DNA of 20,000 bases from an uncultured virus (IMG/VR IMGVR_UViG_3300048580_000163). Its lineage: Duplodnaviria; Heunggongvirae; Uroviricota; Caudoviricetes. Position 1 is the stretch's first letter; each line of letters opens with the position of its first letter. Below the pieces are notes generated by a model. It had not been told where the DNA came from, ran no database searches, and saw nothing but the letters and a program-made list of their open reading frames with translations. The DNA lies in IMG/VR virus record IMGVR_UViG_3300048580_000163, positions 48,142-68,141 of that record; one strand, given 5' to 3'. Made by a program: the position numbers and the translations under genes. Shown piece by piece: positions 16,996-20,000 of this stretch.

Positions 16996-17292
16996 TTAGT
17001 TAAAAGGTAAATCATTGTGAGCCTCTTCTTTCTTAGAAGTCTTAGATGTCTTTGCACCTTTATCACTATCACTCCATAATGACTTTCCATTACCTAAGAA
17101 CAATCTATTCTCCTTAGCCTCACGCTCTTCCTTTGTTTGCGACTGCCATAGAGAAACATTGTTTCCGTATTGGTCCTCCTCATCGTTTACAGAGATGGTA
17201 AGGTTTATGTACTTACCTCCATTTTTACCTTCAACGATTCTTGTTTTGTCAATTTTTGTTAGATCAACGCTAACTGCAATTAATTGAGCCAT
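16996..17292 (-). CDS. Putative single-stranded DNA-binding protein (Bacteroidota phage type)
   Basis: Beta-rich SVDLTKID...GKYINLTISVN...DQYGNN...LGNGK with a DLPF tail, directly upstream of ERF. Confidence 0.6.
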   Translation of the reverse strand: MAQLIAVSVDLTKIDKTRIVEGKNGGKYINLTISVNDEEDQYGNNVSLWQSQTKEEREAKENRLFLGNGKSLWSDSDKGAKTSKTSKKEEAHNDLPFN

Positions 17293-17363
17293 ATAATATA
17301 ATTTAAAATGTATTGCCTACTATGTTCGGTGTTCGGCTTCTCCGTGTCGGATATTCAGATATG

Positions 17364-17371
17364 CAAATATA
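17364..17371 (-). promoter_or_regulatory. Bacteroidota -7 promoter box (TATATTTG) for the SSB-ERF-exonuclease operon
   Basis: Third copy of TATATTTGCA, about 70 nt upstream of the ATG. Confidence 0.75.
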
Positions 17372-17393
17372 GATATAAAATTCAAATAACTAA

Positions 17394-17627
17394 TTAAAAA
17401 GGATATATTTCTTTAGGTATAACTTCTATGTATTTATTTAAGTCTTTCCTCTTTATGAATTTACCTGATATGTAATAACCTATACTACCACCCTTAACTG
17501 ATTGTTTTATTATGATTCCACGTTGACAATTTATTATCTTCTTGCATAGCGTTACTTTATAATTATGGTGTTCTTTAAACCTCCAATATACTTTGTAATT
17601 TATACTTACTATCTCAAAGTTTTTCAT
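17394..17627 (-). CDS. Small basic hypothetical protein
   Basis: 77 aa, Lys-rich (YKVTLCKKIINCQRG...SIGYYISGKFI); adjacent to the cassette insertion site. Confidence 0.7.
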   Translation of the reverse strand: MKNFEIVSINYKVYWRFKEHHNYKVTLCKKIINCQRGIIIKQSVKGGSIGYYISGKFIKRKDLNKYIEVIPKEIYPF

Positions 17628-17674
17628 TGTAAATCAGTTAGTTACAGTGTGGTGTTGTTTCGTCAATCAAGTAG

Positions 17675-18157
17675 TTAGTAGCTATGTTTCCTAAACAATA
17701 CGTTCAAGTTCTTCTTTAGGTAAATCTGTAACTCTTTTTTCTTGGTCAATACTTAAAATATCATCACGAAATCTACTTGCTGAAACATAACCGTATTTTC
17801 TGTATTTAACAGCAAATAAATAAAGTGTATTGTAAAATATCGGTCTGCTACCAAACCAAGTTGCATTATCTAACATACTTGATGTTATATCAAATTCCGC
17901 TTTTTTATATCCTTTCAAAAAAGCACGTTTTTTAATATTTCCTATTACTATCATAATTAGCAAAACAGAAACTAAAATAATCGGTAAAATAAATTCATCT
18001 GTATTCATAATTTTTGTGAATTTCAAAACAGCTACTAACACTGCATATATTCAATAGCTACTATATGCTTTCGTTGTGTTAGTGTTTGTTTGGTTATTAA
18101 TTGTTTAATTTTTACTTTATTGTTTACTATTACGCTACTGAAATATATGCTTTAACG
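17675..18157 (+). mobile_element. Integron-like gene cassette (483 bp) carrying one inversely oriented ORF
   Basis: Left boundary G|TTAGTAGCT (17674-17683) is the exact reverse complement of R'' AGCTACTAAC (18030-18039); right boundary is G|TTATAT at 18157. Confidence 0.65.
17691..18008 (-). CDS. Cassette-borne protein with N-terminal TM anchor (likely start MNTDEFILPII)
   Basis: FILPIILVSVLLIMIVIG helix followed by KKR. The track's longer start at 18041 lies inside the attC-like site, so the ATG at 18008 is preferred. Confidence 0.7.
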   Translation of the reverse strand: MNTDEFILPIILVSVLLIMIVIGNIKKRAFLKGYKKAEFDITSSMLDNATWFGSRPIFYNTLYLFAVKYRKYGYVSASRFRDDILSIDQEKRVTDLPKEELERIV

Positions 18158-18163
18158 TTATAT
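18033..18163 (+). repeat. attC-like imperfect inverted repeat (~131 bp)
   Basis: TAAC...GCATATATTCAATAGC (18043-18058) / GCTACTGAAATATATGC (18134-18150)...GTTA, with one extra base on one arm and a long T-rich centre. Confidence 0.7.
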
Positions 18164-18169
18164 AATAGC

Positions 18170-18448
18170 TTACTCAACTAACTGCTCAAAGTTATCTTTG
18201 AAATATTGTTCAGAAACTAACCACTGGTCAAAGTGGTTTTTAGGGTTTCTTGAAATCATATCTCCAATTTTAGGACTATCGTTTAATAAATCTACATCAG
18301 AAATACTAACTTTTATTGGGTGTTTCCAATCTCCTAAATCAGATGGTATTACAATAGCACCTATATTATGAAAGTCTGTAATATCGCTTTCTGTTACTTC
18401 TCTCATTTCTGCAATTTGTGTTCTTCTGTAATTTTTAAAATATTCCAT
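18170..18448 (-). CDS. Hypothetical protein
   Basis: 92-aa ORF (YRRTQIAEMR...SPKIGDMISRNPKNHFDQWLVSEQYFKDNFE). Confidence 0.75.
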   Translation of the reverse strand: MEYFKNYRRTQIAEMREVTESDITDFHNIGAIVIPSDLGDWKHPIKVSISDVDLLNDSPKIGDMISRNPKNHFDQWLVSEQYFKDNFEQLVE

Positions 18449-18492
18449 AATATTTGTAGCATTTACCCTTGCAATCGGGTTTTTGTTTTGTT

Positions 18493-18660
18493 TTATCTTT
18501 TATTTTGTTGAGTTAAAGCAAACAAATATCCACTTATCCACATTTGTTTTTCTGTTGGAGATAATGTTTCTCTTAATTTTTCATGTACATTTTCTTCAAA
18601 TGCTTTTTCTCCCAACATCATAAAATCAGCTGGATTTGGTGTTTCTGTTAAATTTTTCAT
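18493..18660 (-). CDS. Small hypothetical protein (55 aa, MKNLTETPNPADF...TQQNKR), not in ORF track
   Basis: Hand-translated; starts inside the junction repeat 3 nt after the upstream stop. Confidence 0.65.
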   Translation of the reverse strand: MKNLTETPNPADFMMLGEKAFEENVHEKLRETLSPTEKQMWISGYLFALTQQNKR

Positions 18661-18663
18661 ATA

Positions 18664-18933
18664 TTATTTGTTTTTAAATTGTTTAAGTACTTCTCCTATT
18701 GCATCTGCTCTTTCTTCGCTTTTAGAATCAGTTTTCAGTAAAAAATATTCTTTGCATTTTTGTAACATATCTACTAATACATCTACTTCTTCCTCGCTAT
18801 ACATTTTCTTGTCTTGTTGTTGCTGAAATTCTCTACCATCTATGAAGTCTGTAAGCCACCTTACCTTATCGTTACCACTAATATCAGTTCTTGATATAAG
18901 TTGGTTTAACTTTTCAATATCTATTGCTGTCAT
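18664..18933 (-). CDS. Hypothetical protein with YSEEEV motif
   Basis: QQQDKKMYSEEEV...QFKNK. Confidence 0.7.
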   Translation of the reverse strand: MTAIDIEKLNQLISRTDISGNDKVRWLTDFIDGREFQQQQDKKMYSEEEVDVLVDMLQKCKEYFLLKTDSKSEERADAIGEVLKQFKNK

Positions 18934-18946
18934 ATCTTATTTGTTT

Positions 18947-19096
18947 TTAAATGTTATTAATTTTTTTAATATAATTATAAAGTCTTAAATGTAATCCATT
19001 TGGTTTAAATTCACTTAATTCAGCAAATCTAACGTGTGATTCATTTATTTTATTCCAACGATGTAGTATTACAAATTTTATAAAATCTTTTATCAT
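18947..19096 (-). CDS. Small hypothetical protein (49 aa, MIKDFIKFVILHRW...), not in ORF track
   Basis: Hand-translated; bounded by two junction repeats. Confidence 0.55.
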   Translation of the reverse strand: MIKDFIKFVILHRWNKINESHVRFAELSEFKPNGLHLRLYNYIKKINNI

Positions 19097-19109
19097 ATCT
19101 TATTTGTTT

Positions 19110-19325
19110 TTAAAAAATTTGTAAATTGTTTTTGTAATTATATGGTTTTTCAGATGAATCATTAATTGCCAATATTGTGATATTGAAATTTTTATTTTTG
19201 CTCCAACTATTAATAAGTTGTTTCGATACATTACCGAAACCAGTTGTGCAATTAAAATCTCCATAAAAAAGTAAATTAACTACTTTGTCGGCTTTTTTTG
19301 TTCTTGGACTGTGTACTACTTTCAT
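19110..19325 (-). pseudogene. N-terminal fragment of a GT-B (GT4-like) glycosyltransferase
   Basis: NLLFYGDFNCTTGFGNVSKQLINSW...ITILAIN matches the first beta-alpha-beta of GT4 N-domains, but the ORF stops at 71 aa inside the junction repeat. Confidence 0.6.
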
Positions 19326-19330
19326 TTTTA

Positions 19331-19588
19331 TTATTGTTTTATGTATTTTTTAAACCATTCTTGAATATTTTCCGAATCATTTCCTTGTTCAATATCATAA
19401 CGAAATATTTCTAAAATATCTATTACTTCCTCAATACTATAAGCTTTTTTAAATTCTTGCTTAATATAACTATTAATTATATCTTTTGCATAAGCTTTAA
19501 AATAAAAATCATCATCTTTTATTTTGGATAAAATATCCACTATATTATCTAATTCTAATTTTCTTTCTGACATTTTTTTATGCGACAT
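19331..19588 (-). CDS. Hypothetical protein with YSxEEV motif
   Basis: KKAYSIEEVIDIL...EWFKKY, resembling the C-terminal half of 18664-18933. Confidence 0.7.
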   Translation of the reverse strand: MSHKKMSERKLELDNIVDILSKIKDDDFYFKAYAKDIINSYIKQEFKKAYSIEEVIDILEIFRYDIEQGNDSENIQEWFKKYIKQ

Positions 19589-19631
19589 TTTTTTAATTTA
19601 ATATTTTTCCATTACCACTATTCCATAAATA

Positions 19632-19865
19632 TTATCTGTTTTTAAAAGTTTCGTTGTAATATTTTTCAGCATCTTCATTGTATTTGTTTGGGTCTACTGC
19701 TATAAATTCCATACCCGAAATATTTGAATCTATAATCTGTTGTTTTTCCATTTCTTTGGCTTCTAATTCAATTTGCCTAAAAAGTTCGTTTTCTATATCT
19801 CCCTCTTTTATTAAATTAAGAATTTCTAATTGTTTAATTAAAAATTCTATTGCTGTTTGTTTCAT
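19632..19865 (-). CDS. Hypothetical protein (MKQTA... family common in Bacteroidota phages)
   Basis: MKQTAIEFL...AKEMEKQQII...AEKYYNETF; the true start is probably the ATG at 19865. Confidence 0.75.
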   Translation of the reverse strand: MKQTAIEFLIKQLEILNLIKEGDIENELFRQIELEAKEMEKQQIIDSNISGMEFIAVDPNKYNEDAEKYYNETFKNR

Positions 19866-19950
19866 AGTTGTTTTTCTTTTTTGAAGATTTCTAATAATTG
19901 TTTTGTAGTCGGAATTTTTGATAATTCGCCAACCATTTGTAAAGAACAAA

Positions 19951-20000
19951 TTAAATCTTGTGAGTAAAAGCTTTTGTAATCCACATTGAAGCATTTTCAA
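19951..20000 (-). CDS. 3' end of a gene entering from the right edge (...ENASMWITKAFTHKI*)
   Basis: Hand-translated alternative frame ending in TAA at 19951-19953; only 15 residues are visible. Confidence 0.4.
   Translation of the reverse strand, partial: ENASMWITKAFTHKI

Larger units (their letters stand above)
18657..19114. repeat. Three 22-bp direct repeats at gene junctions (TCATATCTTATTTGTTTTTAAA)
   Basis: Copies at 18930-18951 and 19093-19114 are identical; 18657-18678 matches 21/22. Confidence 0.85.

Noticed and set aside
18657..19114. 22-bp repeats as a CRISPR array
   Set aside because: The intervals are 141-251 bp, unequal and protein-coding; no cas genes are present.
4030..19884. 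Plus-strand ORFs 4030-4380, 7010-7228, 7543-7725, 11602-11784, 14222-14410 and 19678-19884
   Set aside because: All overlap better-supported minus-strand genes in a continuous operon.
19866..20000. N-terminal 45-aa extension of the 19632-20000 ORF
   Set aside because: The family-typical start MKQTA is at 19865, and another frame appears to end a separate gene at 19951.
1..20000. Stop-codon reassignment as in some crAss-like phages
   Set aside because: Conserved genes are full length in the standard code, and both TAG and TGA end tightly packed ORFs.
18158..20000. A second complete cassette starting at GTTATATAATAGC
   Set aside because: No complementary R'' (..TTATATAAC) with a palindrome was found downstream within the window.

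Overview
AT-rich segment of a tailed dsDNA phage genome, most likely infecting Bacteroidota/Flavobacteriia. Support for that host: TAnnTTTG promoter boxes, a VirE-N/BT4734-type primase-helicase and small ORF families typical of these phages. The + strand carries the 3' ~3.9 kb of a very large, probably virion/ejection protein gene, ending at a bidirectional terminator. The rest is a dense minus-strand early/replication arm. It includes a MazG-like NTP pyrophosphatase, two metallophosphoesterases, a DUF1064 nuclease, a Dam-type methyltransferase, a primase-helicase, an HTH replication initiator with internal iterons, a 5'-3' exonuclease, an ERF recombinase, an SSB-like protein and many small hypotheticals. 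The notable signals are non-coding. (1) A promoter-driven 76-nt tRNA cloverleaf has its anticodon loop replaced by an 8-bp stem with a GCAA tetraloop. It is followed by a second structured RNA containing a free CAT anticodon-like stem-loop. (2) An attenuator-like leader precedes the replication initiator, with its terminator loop complementary to two flanking boxes. (3) An integron-like attC gene cassette with matching R''/R' ends is present with no integrase in view. (4) A preQ1-I-like pseudoknot lies between the SSB-like and ERF genes. (5) A 22-bp stop/start junction repeat links small accessory ORFs, one of them a truncated glycosyltransferase. All calls are by eye; no searches or folding programs were run.
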